From: Bdellovibrionota bacterium
GTDB taxonomy: Bacteria; Bdellovibrionota_C; UBA2361; OMII01
NCBI GenBank assembly: GCA_044356215.1
Contig: JBIKWQ010000084.1
Coordinates: 1 to 12,927 of the forward strand
Direction of reading: 5' to 3'
DNA length: 12,927 nucleotides
The notes under the pieces: model-generated
Told to the model about the DNA's origin: nothing
Seen by the model: the letters and a program-made list of their open reading frames with translations, nothing else
The model's database searches: none
Shown: positions 1 through 8,789 of the stretch, in pieces
Position numbering within the stretch: position 1 is the stretch's first letter
Layout of the letters: the number at the start of each line of letters is the position of its first letter
Made by a program: the position numbers and the translations under genes

Positions 1-39
1 CACCGATAAAACTAAATAACTGCCAATAAAATGGCCGTT

Positions 40-66
40 CTCTGTGTCCTCTGCGTCCTCTGTGGT
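40..66. repeat. Short tandem repeat, 3 x 9 bp (ctctgtgtc ctctgcgtc ctctgtggt)
   Basis: Directly visible 9-bp periodicity in intergenic DNA downstream of pbpC. A degenerate reverse-complement copy lies at 8302-8332. Confidence 0.85.
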
Positions 67-109
67 GATAAAGAACTGCGATGCCCTAACGACCCCACAG
101 CTCGATAAT

Positions 110-125
110 AGCTTACAGATAAGCT
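110..125. other. Small hairpin AGCTTA-caga-TAAGCT downstream of pbpC (possible weak terminator or 3' stabiliser)
   Basis: 6-bp perfect stem with a 4-nt loop, about 40 nt past the pbpC stop. It has no clear U-tract and the stem is AT-rich. Confidence 0.25.
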
Positions 126-162
126 CTAATACCCACTCAATAAATCAAGCCAGCAGAGCCAT

Positions 163-2394
163 TTACCTAACCCAGATCCCGACTTCAGGAAGCTCAAAAA
201 CATGAGTATTATTAGCCTCTTTAACAACAGCTTTTACCATGTGTCGTCCGGGCCTTAGCTGCCAGAGATACCTTAAGTTGGAACCATCTCCGCGGTAAAC
301 CTCGATATTATCAACAAACCACCGCACTTCTGTAAGTGGCACTGAGGAGCTAAGCTGAAAAGCGAAAGCCTCGCGTTCGTCTGGGACCCGTGGGTCCATC
401 GCTAAATTAAGCCCCGGCGTGGGTAACTCAATCTTGACCTGTGTTTCGTCCTTCAAAAGGGCGTTCTCGCTAATAATACGCTCTTCGAAATTGTGTTTAA
501 GCTCACAGTGGTGTTGCGGTTCGGTATTCGGAATAAAGACCTCGCTCTCTGAAGGGCAGAGCGGCGTTGCTAATTTACCACTCTTAAGGCAGATCGACTG
601 CGAGAGCAGAGAAGGTGATAGATATAGGCCACGATTATCGCGGCCCTTCTCTAGCTCCGAGAAGATCGAGCGTAGGACCAGAGCTGGTCCACGGGCTCCG
701 CTGATCGAAGACATTGCCGAGCGATTTAAATTGCCGAGCCAGACACCGACTGTGAAATTATCTGAATAGCCGATGGCCCATGCGTCTCTGTAATCAGATG
801 AGGTTCCGGTTTTAATCGCCGTCTGATTTGGAAAATTAAGAAGACCATCGTTTCCGAACTCAAGTCGACGTGCTTGGGAATCAGATAAGATATCACCGAT
901 TATCTCGGCAACCTCTGGATCAAATATCCGATTTTCTCTGCGCTCTAGTAACTGCGGATCTCCACGTACCGCCGTAATAGGTATGAACACTCCGCGACGA
1001 GCGAGAGCTAAGTAGGCTCTTGTAAGCTCAAGGAGTGTGACCTCTCCATTTCCTAGAGCTAGACCCTCTCCGTAAAAGTCAGAGGGTTGATTGAGAGAAT
1101 CGAAGCCTGCCCTGTGTAGAAGCTTCAATAGCTCCTCTTTGCCAAATCGCTCGACAGCGCGGACTGCTGGGATGTTGAGAGAGTTTCCAAGGGCAGCACG
1201 GAGTGTTACCGGACCATAGTGAACCCGACTGTAGTTATTGTATGTGTGCAGCCCAGCCCCTACACCTTCAGCGAGAGGAGAATCCTCGATAATAGTGGCC
1301 GCTGTCCACCCGCGGCTTAGAGCGAGCGCGTATAAGAAAGGCTTCAAAGTTGAGCCAGGTTGCCTTGCGGCCAAGATAGCATCGATCTGACCCCCTGCTT
1401 GAGTATCGAATTCACCGGCATTTACCCAAGCTAGCACTTCGCTACTTTTATTATCTAAGACAAGCACCGCCCCATCTGTGACGTTTTTAGCTTGGAGATC
1501 TCTTATCCGGGTATCTAGGATCGCCCTCACAGAGCGTTGAATTCCACTATCAATTGTGGAGCGGATAGGAGCTATATCTCTCTCCGACCCTGGTACTGAT
1601 TGCTGAACATATTGAACGAAGTGCTCGGCTTTAACCGGGATAGGTTCCCTGCCCACCGTAAGCTTCTCTGATAAGACGTTTGTGAGGCTCTCCTGATCTA
1701 AGATCCCTTTTGACGTTAGTTTCCTCGCTAATTGATCGATCCTTGAATCAGCGGCGTGCTTATCTTTGTATAAATTAAGACGCTCTGGGGCTCGTAACAT
1801 TACAGCAAGAGCGATCTGCTCTCGCTCACTTAATGTCTCAAGGTCACGGTTCCAGAAGTAACGCGCTGCTTGCGCGACCCCGTGTCTCTTCGCGGCGAAT
1901 GGAGCTTGGTTAAGATAAAACTCAAGTATCTCCGCTTTATTAAAGCGCCGCTCAAGTGAGGAGGCTTCTATCCCCTCTAGTATCCTTGTTGTAACCGAAC
2001 GTGATCGCGGATGGAGCATCGACACAACCTGTTCCGAGATAGTGCTAGCACCCCGAACGATCCGCACCGCTTTAATATTATCCCAGAGCGCGCCCAAACG
2101 CGCCCTCCAGTCAACACCGCTGTGTTGATAGAAGCGTTGATCCTCAGCGGCGATAGACGCCTCTTGAAGAAGACGTGGTATTCGGTGAAGTGGTACGATG
2201 TCAGAGGTGTTCCAGCCAGAGACAAAGGTAAAAGATAGCGGCTCTCCGAAACGGTCTAAAACCTGCCGTTTCATAGCCTGTACATTTGGTGGCTTCAACG
2301 CCTCTGGTATCGGCTCTATAGAACAGTAAATATAAGCCGTGAAAGCGGTGCAAACCGCAACTACAGTCAAAGCGATTCGCTTCCTTAGCAGCAC
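163..2394 (-). CDS. pbpC: Penicillin-binding protein 1C (bifunctional transglycosylase/transpeptidase)
   Basis: N-terminal membrane anchor; GT51 motifs EDQRFYQHSGVD, GASTISEQ and EILEFYLN; transpeptidase motifs STLK (SxxK), SLN (SxN) and KTGTS; C-terminal beta-rich PBP1C-type tail (VRWFVD...WQLRPGRH); directly downstream of an alpha-2-macroglobulin gene. GTG start with AGGT overlapping the upstream stop. Confidence 0.95.
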   Translation of the reverse strand: MLLRKRIALTVVAVCTAFTAYIYCSIEPIPEALKPPNVQAMKRQVLDRFGEPLSFTFVSGWNTSDIVPLHRIPRLLQEASIAAEDQRFYQHSGVDWRARLGALWDNIKAVRIVRGASTISEQVVSMLHPRSRSVTTRILEGIEASSLERRFNKAEILEFYLNQAPFAAKRHGVAQAARYFWNRDLETLSEREQIALAVMLRAPERLNLYKDKHAADSRIDQLARKLTSKGILDQESLTNVLSEKLTVGREPIPVKAEHFVQYVQQSVPGSERDIAPIRSTIDSGIQRSVRAILDTRIRDLQAKNVTDGAVLVLDNKSSEVLAWVNAGEFDTQAGGQIDAILAARQPGSTLKPFLYALALSRGWTAATIIEDSPLAEGVGAGLHTYNNYSRVHYGPVTLRAALGNSLNIPAVRAVERFGKEELLKLLHRAGFDSLNQPSDFYGEGLALGNGEVTLLELTRAYLALARRGVFIPITAVRGDPQLLERRENRIFDPEVAEIIGDILSDSQARRLEFGNDGLLNFPNQTAIKTGTSSDYRDAWAIGYSDNFTVGVWLGNLNRSAMSSISGARGPALVLRSIFSELEKGRDNRGLYLSPSLLSQSICLKSGKLATPLCPSESEVFIPNTEPQHHCELKHNFEERIISENALLKDETQVKIELPTPGLNLAMDPRVPDEREAFAFQLSSSVPLTEVRWFVDNIEVYRGDGSNLRYLWQLRPGRHMVKAVVKEANNTHVFELPEVGIWVR

Positions 2395-2401
2395 TTAGTA
2401 C

Positions 2402-5400
2402 CTACTCGACTTTTAATACACCACTCACCGAGTCGCCATAGATATCAGGGTCATACATCGCTTCGGCGTGAGTTGGTGGTATGGTGAACTCTCCAGTGGC
2501 GATCGCCTGCGCGTTGTAACTCAGGTGATAATTACCTGGAGGTAGATACTCCGAGTAAAATCTGGCGGCGACGTGCTTTAACTCTTTAAAGTAGAAGCCC
2601 TGCGAGGCTGAGCCAAATTCACTCCAGCGAGGGGATTTAAACCACTCTGAAGACGCGGGGCCAACGAACTCGCTTCCTTCATTCTCAACAGAGACACTCG
2701 TCTTTAGCTCTCTATTTATACCTTCTAGTCCGCCCGGGAGAGGATCGCTCACCACAGCAAAATACACAGGTGAGTTAACTCGCACAAAGAGATCGACTTT
2801 GATCTGCTCTCCACGTTTGATCGACACCGGGTTATTTAGCGCGGTCCACTGATCGCCACGTTTAACCGAATATTCCCGGATCACCTCAAATCCTGAGTTT
2901 ACTAACTCTCTCTTTGGTTCTTTAGGGTAGTAACGCACCAGACTAGAGAAATAGAAGGGGGCCTTAGGAGTTGGCTCAAATATCGCCACAAGCTTCTGGC
3001 CTGCATCGGCTTGGCTCGCTGTATAAGTTGTCTCGGCTCTGCCAGAGGATCCTCTGTCTATCTGAAGCGATTGCGAGAAATTACCCCCGATCTTTAAAGC
3101 AATTGATAAGTTATCTGGCGAGGTTTCGTGCTTCGCCGAGTAGAGGCCTAAAGCCCGCATGCAAAAAGCATTCTCCTGGGTGGATCCCCAGTGTCCACCC
3201 GCTCCGCGCGCAATAGAGATGGATCTAGCAAGCTTAGGTCGAATTCTCTCTAGTTGCGGTCTTGTCTCTTTAGCTACTTTGCCTTCCGCTTTAACTAAAG
3301 CTTCTAGCACAGCGCACTGAGTTTTTGTCGTTGAGTCAAGAAGCCACGGAGAAAGCGTTCCTTTAGGTTCATTTAAAGTAACGGATTCACCAGATTCGCG
3401 AGCAGCGCTCAAGATCTGGTTAAGGAGAGGGGAGATAGCAGCTTCGGAAACATCTACCTGATTGAGATAACCTTGAAGAAGCAATGTTACGCCAAATAAG
3501 CTCATCTCTGCTCTCTTTGAGCGGAGGCGATTAAGCTCAAGGTGTGGCAGAGAGCCGGACTTGGCTAACGCTAAACTAGCCATCGCTCTAATCGTGTTTC
3601 GTTCACCTGATGATAGCTCACTACTAAAGTTGTCGTTCTTTAGTAAGGATATCAGATAGCCGCTAAGTTTATTCACCTGCTCAGTTGGCGCTTTATGCCC
3701 CAGCTCCTCAAGCCAAGTTAACGCCAGAGCGGTAAAGGCGCTTAGGTAAGGGCTCACGCGATCGTCACTAGGTGTGTAGAAGCTCATTCCTCCGTTAGGA
3801 GCTTGATGAGTAGATAAATTGTTAAGGGACTCTTTTATTTGATTTAGGGATTCAGGCCAAGCTGATGCAGCAGAGAGCTTAACTTTAATACTCTCAGCGC
3901 TCGCCGCGACCACTGATCTAGATAGCTTCTGCTCCCAACATCCGTAGGGATAATCCCGCATGTAAGTAACAACCGGATCGAGATCTCCGATGATCGAGCT
4001 AGATACGACAGCCTTGATAGTCGTCTTCTCTGATTCGTTTAATAAAGGCGCTTTAATCTCTATTGTAGCCACATCTCCATGCGACATCCCCAATTCGCTA
4101 CTCGTGACCGGTTCGGTTCCATTAAAGATCGGCAGGGTCACCTGAAGCTCATCGGAGTCAACGGCGTCTCCGGCTTTTATCTTAAACAATCCAGCTCCCA
4201 CGTTTACAGCCTTCGCCTGTAGCTCGATCGGATAGCGCTTAAATGGCTCAGCAAAGAGCGAGATCTTCTGCGGGGTGCTCTGAACACTGAAACCCTCGCT
4301 CCAAGCCTCAACACTTAGAGTCCTTGGTTGATTTGAGCGATTAGTAACTGTGAATGTCACATTTACCGAGTCCCCAACTCTAGCTTGGTTTGGAATCGCT
4401 GAACGTGCTTCGGTAAGTTTGTTTACTACGAAGCTACCTTCGCCCAGCCCTAAGCGATCCTCCTTTGTAAAGGCCATGGCGAAGACTACCCAGTTAGTCA
4501 GGTTATCCGGAGCCGTGAAGGAGATCTTCGCGCTTCCTGAAGCGTCAGGGCGGATAGCTGGGTTCCAATAACTCACGAACTTGGTGATTGAACGCATATC
4601 TAGCTTGCTGCCACCATCACCTCCTGGATTGGCACCTTTTTTCTCAAATTTCTGCCGCCCGATTAAGAGTCGGAGTAGGTTGTAGCTCTTCACGTCTAGG
4701 GAGTTAAGTGAATAGAATCCCTGGTACGGATCAAAGTAGCTCTTTCCAGCCGATAATAGGTCAAATACAGCGCGGTCGATCACGGTCACCGCTAGCTCTA
4801 CATCGCTCTTTAACGAGCCTGAGTCGCGTGGAGTTAATGTGATGTTAACCGTTTCTCCGGGTCGGTAGCTTGGATGCTCAGGTTTTACATCAACCTCGAT
4901 CCTCTTCGCGGTATCGTCGACAACAGTTTTAATGTAGCCCATCCTGAAGGTTGGTTTAGCTAGGTCAACCTGACCCTCGATAGGTTTATCAACTCGTGGG
5001 GAAACCAGAACGGCCGAGAAGAAGAATCCGGGAATATGCTCCGGAGTTATAGGGATCTCAACCACCTTTGATGGTCCTGTAATCGTCTCGGTCCACGAGC
5101 GTAGGACCCCATATCTCTCAACAGTAAAGAGGGCTTTAGCCTGAGGGAATGGATTCGGTACCATAAAGCGTGCCGTCTCGCCGACACGGTAAGAGCTCTT
5201 TTCCTCAATTATCTTTAATTGATTGTTCGCGTCCGATCGCCAGACTAGATCTCCCTGACCGCTTGACCACCGCTCAAGGGTAGTTGTGTGCTCGCGGCCA
5301 AACCTGTCTTTTACCTTAGCTTGAGCGCGATATAACCCAGCCTTACTCGGAGTGAATGAGCAGTTAACGACCGCAGTAGCCGCAGCGACTAGATCGCATG

Positions 5401-8143
5401 TAGTAACAGGGGTCCATTCTGTTTCATAACGATTGGTGTAGGCGTTTCCAGCGCTCTTAACTCGGGCTACCTTTAGATCCTCGTAGTCGATCTGGACCTT
5501 AATCTGATCCCCAGCAACGATACTGCCGTCTCCGTCAGTAACTAGAGCCTTCACTAAGGCAGCCTTGCCCGCGGTTAGTAGCCAATCCTCCTGTAAAAGA
5601 CCAACAAATCTTTCGCGGCCGATGTAGCGCCCCTTGGTGATTGAGGCTATCTGTTTGCCGCGATCATCGCGCACCGCGCTCTCTACTGTAAGCTCGCCGT
5701 AAGGGATCTCCTCCTCATTAATCAAGAACTCACTTGTTAGATCGCCCTTATCGTTTAAGTTTTGCTCTATCTCAGCTACTCCGCGTTCAATACTAACCGT
5801 AGAGAAGGTAAATCCCTTAGCTCGTGGATCGGCGCTTACTAACTCACGCCCCTTTATAATCGCTTTAACTTTAGTGGCTGCTTGACTATATGGGCCACCA
5901 GCATAGAGCCTGGCTTCAGTAATTACAGACACCTTCTGGCCCGGAATAAAACGATCTCCCGCAAGCTCAGTTCGGACACTAAATGGAGCTGGGGTAAAAT
6001 CGCTGATCAGAACTCGGAGCGGCTCCCACTCTTCATCGCTGAAATCAGATTTCAGGTTAAAGGTGTACCAACCAGCTAGAGCGTCACCAGGTGTTTTGAA
6101 CTCGCCCGAGTACGATCCAAATTCTGTGAGCGCCACTCGTGGAGCTTCATAGACGATTTTATCCGCTGGGTCCTTTACCTGCAGAGTGTAAGAGCCGCGC
6201 AGAGGAGCGATTAGTCCAGCATTGCTCTGATCCCGCACCCAGAGCGCGAACTGAACGTTCTCTCCGGCGCGATAGATCGCTTGAGCCGTGGTGCCCCACG
6301 TCTTTACATGTCCGTACTGCTTCATTGAGTACGGATAGATCTCTGAATCGTATGCCTGGTATTCCCAAGTGATCGGAACGATAGCCAGATCTTCTCCCTT
6401 CTCGATCTTGGCGAATACCCGTGCTTTATCACGCTCCCACTGATCGACTAACGTAAGCTTAGGATCAATAGCGCTGATTCCTGGGAGCTCAGCTCTTCCA
6501 GATGAATCAGTTGTAGCCGATGCTACAATCGGTGATTCAGGGCGGAGCCGCGCTAATTGGTCGACTACAAAAGAGACCTTGGCGTCAGAGATCGGCTCGC
6601 CGGTTGACATCGAGGTAACCCAAATAAGTGAGTTAAAGTGCCCAAGTTTGACGTGGGCTGCGAACGGCGTGACCTGCGAGAAGAACCTCTGTGTATTGTC
6701 GTATCGTTGCGGAGGAACGCCAGTAATTGAGCCCTGAACAATTCCTGACTTGCCCCCCAGGAGCGACCGAATATCAAGTGGAAAGGGATAGGCGATATCG
6801 GACGCTTGAAAAGGTGTTAGGGTTGTTTTCAGGTTTTCGTTTCTAGCGTTGGCAGTTTGAGTTGAGTAATTAACGTGAAGCGCGGTTACGTTGTTAACTA
6901 CGATCGGAAGCTTTGAATCACTATCTTTTTCTAGGACCGATTCCTGATGGTCCAAGACAAACCGTGGAGCTCGGTGGTCCGTTTTAAATGAGATCGCGAG
7001 ATCGTGTCTGAGCGCACGACCGAATTCATCTTTGATTGATTGCGCGCTAGCGGCTAGGGAATAAAGAGTGTCAGCCTTTAATCCATACGGAAGATTTAAG
7101 TAGTAGGGTTGATTCTTAGCGTGGTCGTCATCTCTCTGAGATCTTGAGTAAACTGATTCCCATGGGTCTACGTCAGCGGCGACCGCCTTTATCTCTGGCT
7201 GTGACTTAAGAACCGTAGCGATCTCCTGCTTGGTAATTGGGGCGCTAAAAGTTAGCTGCGTAGCGTTTAGAGGATCACATTTAAAATTAGAGTTCTGTCC
7301 CTGAGAGATTAAAGCCACTTTTCCGTTAAGATCGCGGCAGGTGATCCCGATAAATTTAAACTCCGGGAAGGTGTGAGTTGTAAAGATTACCCTGTTCTCG
7401 TTTCCTAGCTCGCTTCCGGTTACGGGTTTAAGACCTGGAGTTATTACTAGGTCGACAGATTGAGCAGCGGAAAGCTTCTGTCGTGGAGAGATATTCCAGT
7501 ACCGGCCAGCTCGCTCAGCTAGTTCAGCCGGGGATAACCGCGCTTCGGGGGCGGCCTTTAGCTCTGATATATCAACCTCGATCTTTCCATTTTGGCGGTC
7601 ATTAAAAGCAAGGCGTTTCGCCAGATCCTCTGGTGTCACGGCTTGATTAGTAACGAGGGCAAGCTGAGGGGTCTCTGGATCAATCCATGTAGATAACCAG
7701 ACACTAGACACAACAGGCCGGGGGGTGGTGAATGATATATTCTTCTCGGCTTTAAGGTTTCGATCTGATGTCGAGTCAAATCGTGTGGGGATCTCTACAT
7801 CGTAACGAGTGGCGTTAGGCAGAGTGGAATCAGAACTTATTTTACAAGCGAGGGTTGATACATTAACCCAAACCCACGCGCAGTTTATCGCTGGTGAGAT
7901 ACTTATCGCGATCTCTTCCTTCGAGCGTGTCATGCGACCTAGTGGAACTACCTGACTATCAAATTGGAAGACGATCTCTGTTGGTGTAAGGGTCGTATCG
8001 TTTGTTGGGGTGACGCGAACGAGAGAGACGGATTCGTTGCGGGGTGTTTTTGGGGTTGATGTGTCGGCGTGTGAGAGGAGCGGCAGAGCTAGGAAGGATA
8101 GAAGGGCGGAGAGAATGGATTTGGGCATAGAGAGATTTGGCAT
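2402..8143 (-). CDS. Bacterial alpha-2-macroglobulin (YfhM-like, thioester-containing)
   Basis: 1913 aa; signal peptide; MG-domain motifs (IYRAGENVQF, SYRVGETA, SYRPGETV, APDNLTNW); thioester motif YPYGCWEQ (CWEQ at 3929-3940); C-terminal DPLPGGLE and GEFTIPPTHAEAMY; AGGA RBS 7 nt before the ATG; linked to pbpC. Confidence 0.95.
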   Translation of the reverse strand: MPNLSMPKSILSALLSFLALPLLSHADTSTPKTPRNESVSLVRVTPTNDTTLTPTEIVFQFDSQVVPLGRMTRSKEEIAISISPAINCAWVWVNVSTLACKISSDSTLPNATRYDVEIPTRFDSTSDRNLKAEKNISFTTPRPVVSSVWLSTWIDPETPQLALVTNQAVTPEDLAKRLAFNDRQNGKIEVDISELKAAPEARLSPAELAERAGRYWNISPRQKLSAAQSVDLVITPGLKPVTGSELGNENRVIFTTHTFPEFKFIGITCRDLNGKVALISQGQNSNFKCDPLNATQLTFSAPITKQEIATVLKSQPEIKAVAADVDPWESVYSRSQRDDDHAKNQPYYLNLPYGLKADTLYSLAASAQSIKDEFGRALRHDLAISFKTDHRAPRFVLDHQESVLEKDSDSKLPIVVNNVTALHVNYSTQTANARNENLKTTLTPFQASDIAYPFPLDIRSLLGGKSGIVQGSITGVPPQRYDNTQRFFSQVTPFAAHVKLGHFNSLIWVTSMSTGEPISDAKVSFVVDQLARLRPESPIVASATTDSSGRAELPGISAIDPKLTLVDQWERDKARVFAKIEKGEDLAIVPITWEYQAYDSEIYPYSMKQYGHVKTWGTTAQAIYRAGENVQFALWVRDQSNAGLIAPLRGSYTLQVKDPADKIVYEAPRVALTEFGSYSGEFKTPGDALAGWYTFNLKSDFSDEEWEPLRVLISDFTPAPFSVRTELAGDRFIPGQKVSVITEARLYAGGPYSQAATKVKAIIKGRELVSADPRAKGFTFSTVSIERGVAEIEQNLNDKGDLTSEFLINEEEIPYGELTVESAVRDDRGKQIASITKGRYIGRERFVGLLQEDWLLTAGKAALVKALVTDGDGSIVAGDQIKVQIDYEDLKVARVKSAGNAYTNRYETEWTPVTTCDLVAAATAVVNCSFTPSKAGLYRAQAKVKDRFGREHTTTLERWSSGQGDLVWRSDANNQLKIIEEKSSYRVGETARFMVPNPFPQAKALFTVERYGVLRSWTETITGPSKVVEIPITPEHIPGFFFSAVLVSPRVDKPIEGQVDLAKPTFRMGYIKTVVDDTAKRIEVDVKPEHPSYRPGETVNITLTPRDSGSLKSDVELAVTVIDRAVFDLLSAGKSYFDPYQGFYSLNSLDVKSYNLLRLLIGRQKFEKKGANPGGDGGSKLDMRSITKFVSYWNPAIRPDASGSAKISFTAPDNLTNWVVFAMAFTKEDRLGLGEGSFVVNKLTEARSAIPNQARVGDSVNVTFTVTNRSNQPRTLSVEAWSEGFSVQSTPQKISLFAEPFKRYPIELQAKAVNVGAGLFKIKAGDAVDSDELQVTLPIFNGTEPVTSSELGMSHGDVATIEIKAPLLNESEKTTIKAVVSSSIIGDLDPVVTYMRDYPYGCWEQKLSRSVVAASAESIKVKLSAASAWPESLNQIKESLNNLSTHQAPNGGMSFYTPSDDRVSPYLSAFTALALTWLEELGHKAPTEQVNKLSGYLISLLKNDNFSSELSSGERNTIRAMASLALAKSGSLPHLELNRLRSKRAEMSLFGVTLLLQGYLNQVDVSEAAISPLLNQILSAARESGESVTLNEPKGTLSPWLLDSTTKTQCAVLEALVKAEGKVAKETRPQLERIRPKLARSISIARGAGGHWGSTQENAFCMRALGLYSAKHETSPDNLSIALKIGGNFSQSLQIDRGSSGRAETTYTASQADAGQKLVAIFEPTPKAPFYFSSLVRYYPKEPKRELVNSGFEVIREYSVKRGDQWTALNNPVSIKRGEQIKVDLFVRVNSPVYFAVVSDPLPGGLEGINRELKTSVSVENEGSEFVGPASSEWFKSPRWSEFGSASQGFYFKELKHVAARFYSEYLPPGNYHLSYNAQAIATGEFTIPPTHAEAMYDPDIYGDSVSGVLKVE

Positions 8144-8301
8144 ATAGGGTTCCTGAGCGGAGGGTAATTAAGCGCCGGTGGGATAGTAGCTTAAATGGGG
8201 TGGAATTGGAGGGGGGATTTGGGGGTATTTTGATTGCGGCCAAACTCTAAATAGGGTTTGTATGTAATAGCCGTGCCGGTCAATCTCTTGATAAGAACGA
8301 A

Positions 8302-8332
8302 ACCACAGAGAGAAGACAGGAGGAACACAGAG
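8302..8332. repeat. Degenerate copy of the CTCTGTG-type repeat in opposite orientation (accacagag ... aacacagag)
   Basis: accacagag (8302-8310) is the exact reverse complement of 58-66. acacagag (8325-8332) is the reverse complement of 40-47. The middle part is diverged and longer. Confidence 0.55.
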
Positions 8333-8733
8333 GCCAGGGTTCAAAAAGTTCATCACTTGAGAATGAATTGCGCTCTGCTCAAGCGATGAGGGGCATTTTG
8401 AGGATGAGAAGCAAGATCTATCGGTAGCAGTAAGGCGAAGGTCGGTTTAAACTAAAAAGAGCAGTTAGTGTAGGTGTATTCAGATACTTAGCAATATCTT
8501 TCCTTTAGGTGAAAAAAGGCGTGCATCTTTTACTTATGTAACACCTTTTAGGTTTGAGCCAACAAACTAGGCCACGCAGAATTGGCTCGATCGATGTTGA
8601 GCCGTGGCGGGATGGGATCCGGCGGGTGCTGGGGATTTAACAGGGAAGGCTAGAATGCTAACCCCCTAGATTCAAGAACTACTAAGCTAGCTTCTTTATT
8701 GTCACCATGCGAGTTGTTCTGCCCCGACTTATT

Positions 8734-8779
8734 TAAAGCCTATTTTATTTTTCTCTTGATAAAAATAAAATAGGCTTTA
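8734..8779. repeat. Perfect 19-bp inverted repeat with 8-nt spacer (putative operator or cruciform)
   Basis: TAAAGCCTATTTTATTTTT (8734-8752), ctcttgat, AAAAATAAAATAGGCTTTA (8761-8779); the arms are exact reverse complements. Confidence 0.95.
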
Positions 8780-8783
8780 TAAT
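8756..8783 (+). promoter_or_regulatory. sigma70-type promoter, probably producing a leaderless mRNA for the ATPase gene
   Basis: TTGATA (8756-8761), 16 bp, TATAAT (8778-8783). The GTG start at 8790 is 7 nt after the -10 box and there is no Shine-Dalgarno sequence upstream. Confidence 0.75.
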
Positions 8784-8789
8784 TATCCT

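Noticed and set aside
40..66. CRISPR-like array
   Set aside because: 9-bp tandem units without spacers, and no cas genes in the window.
1..2400. Apparent GATC enrichment (17 by manual count against roughly 9 expected at uniform composition)
   Set aside because: Small sample, plausibly explained by codon usage; needs a genome-wide Markov-model test.
419..6777. Short ORFs overlapping pbpC and A2M (419-769, 1977-2225, 2011-2238, 2971-3216, 4350-4571, 5882-6079, 6139-6372, 6159-6368, 6565-6777)
   Set aside because: Antisense or off-frame shadows of well-supported long genes; no recognisable motifs.
8118..8143. Near-duplicated start (MPNLS MPKS) offering a second Met at 8128
   Set aside because: About 10 bp of similarity; the AGGA spacing favours the first ATG and the signal peptide works either way.
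7959..8356. Minus-strand ORFs 7959-8243 (94 aa) and 8168-8356 (62 aa)
   Set aside because: Their Pro-rich translation reflects the C-tracts and the CTCTGTG repeat, and one overlaps the A2M start out of frame; no independent support.
8684..8693. 10-bp palindrome AAGCTAGCTT
   Set aside because: A palindrome of this length is expected several times per 13 kb; no context.
8734..8779. The 19-bp IR as an intrinsic terminator or transposon end
   Set aside because: It lies between divergent genes, the stem is AT-rich, it overlaps promoter boxes, and I see no matching copy downstream of the ATPase and no transposase.
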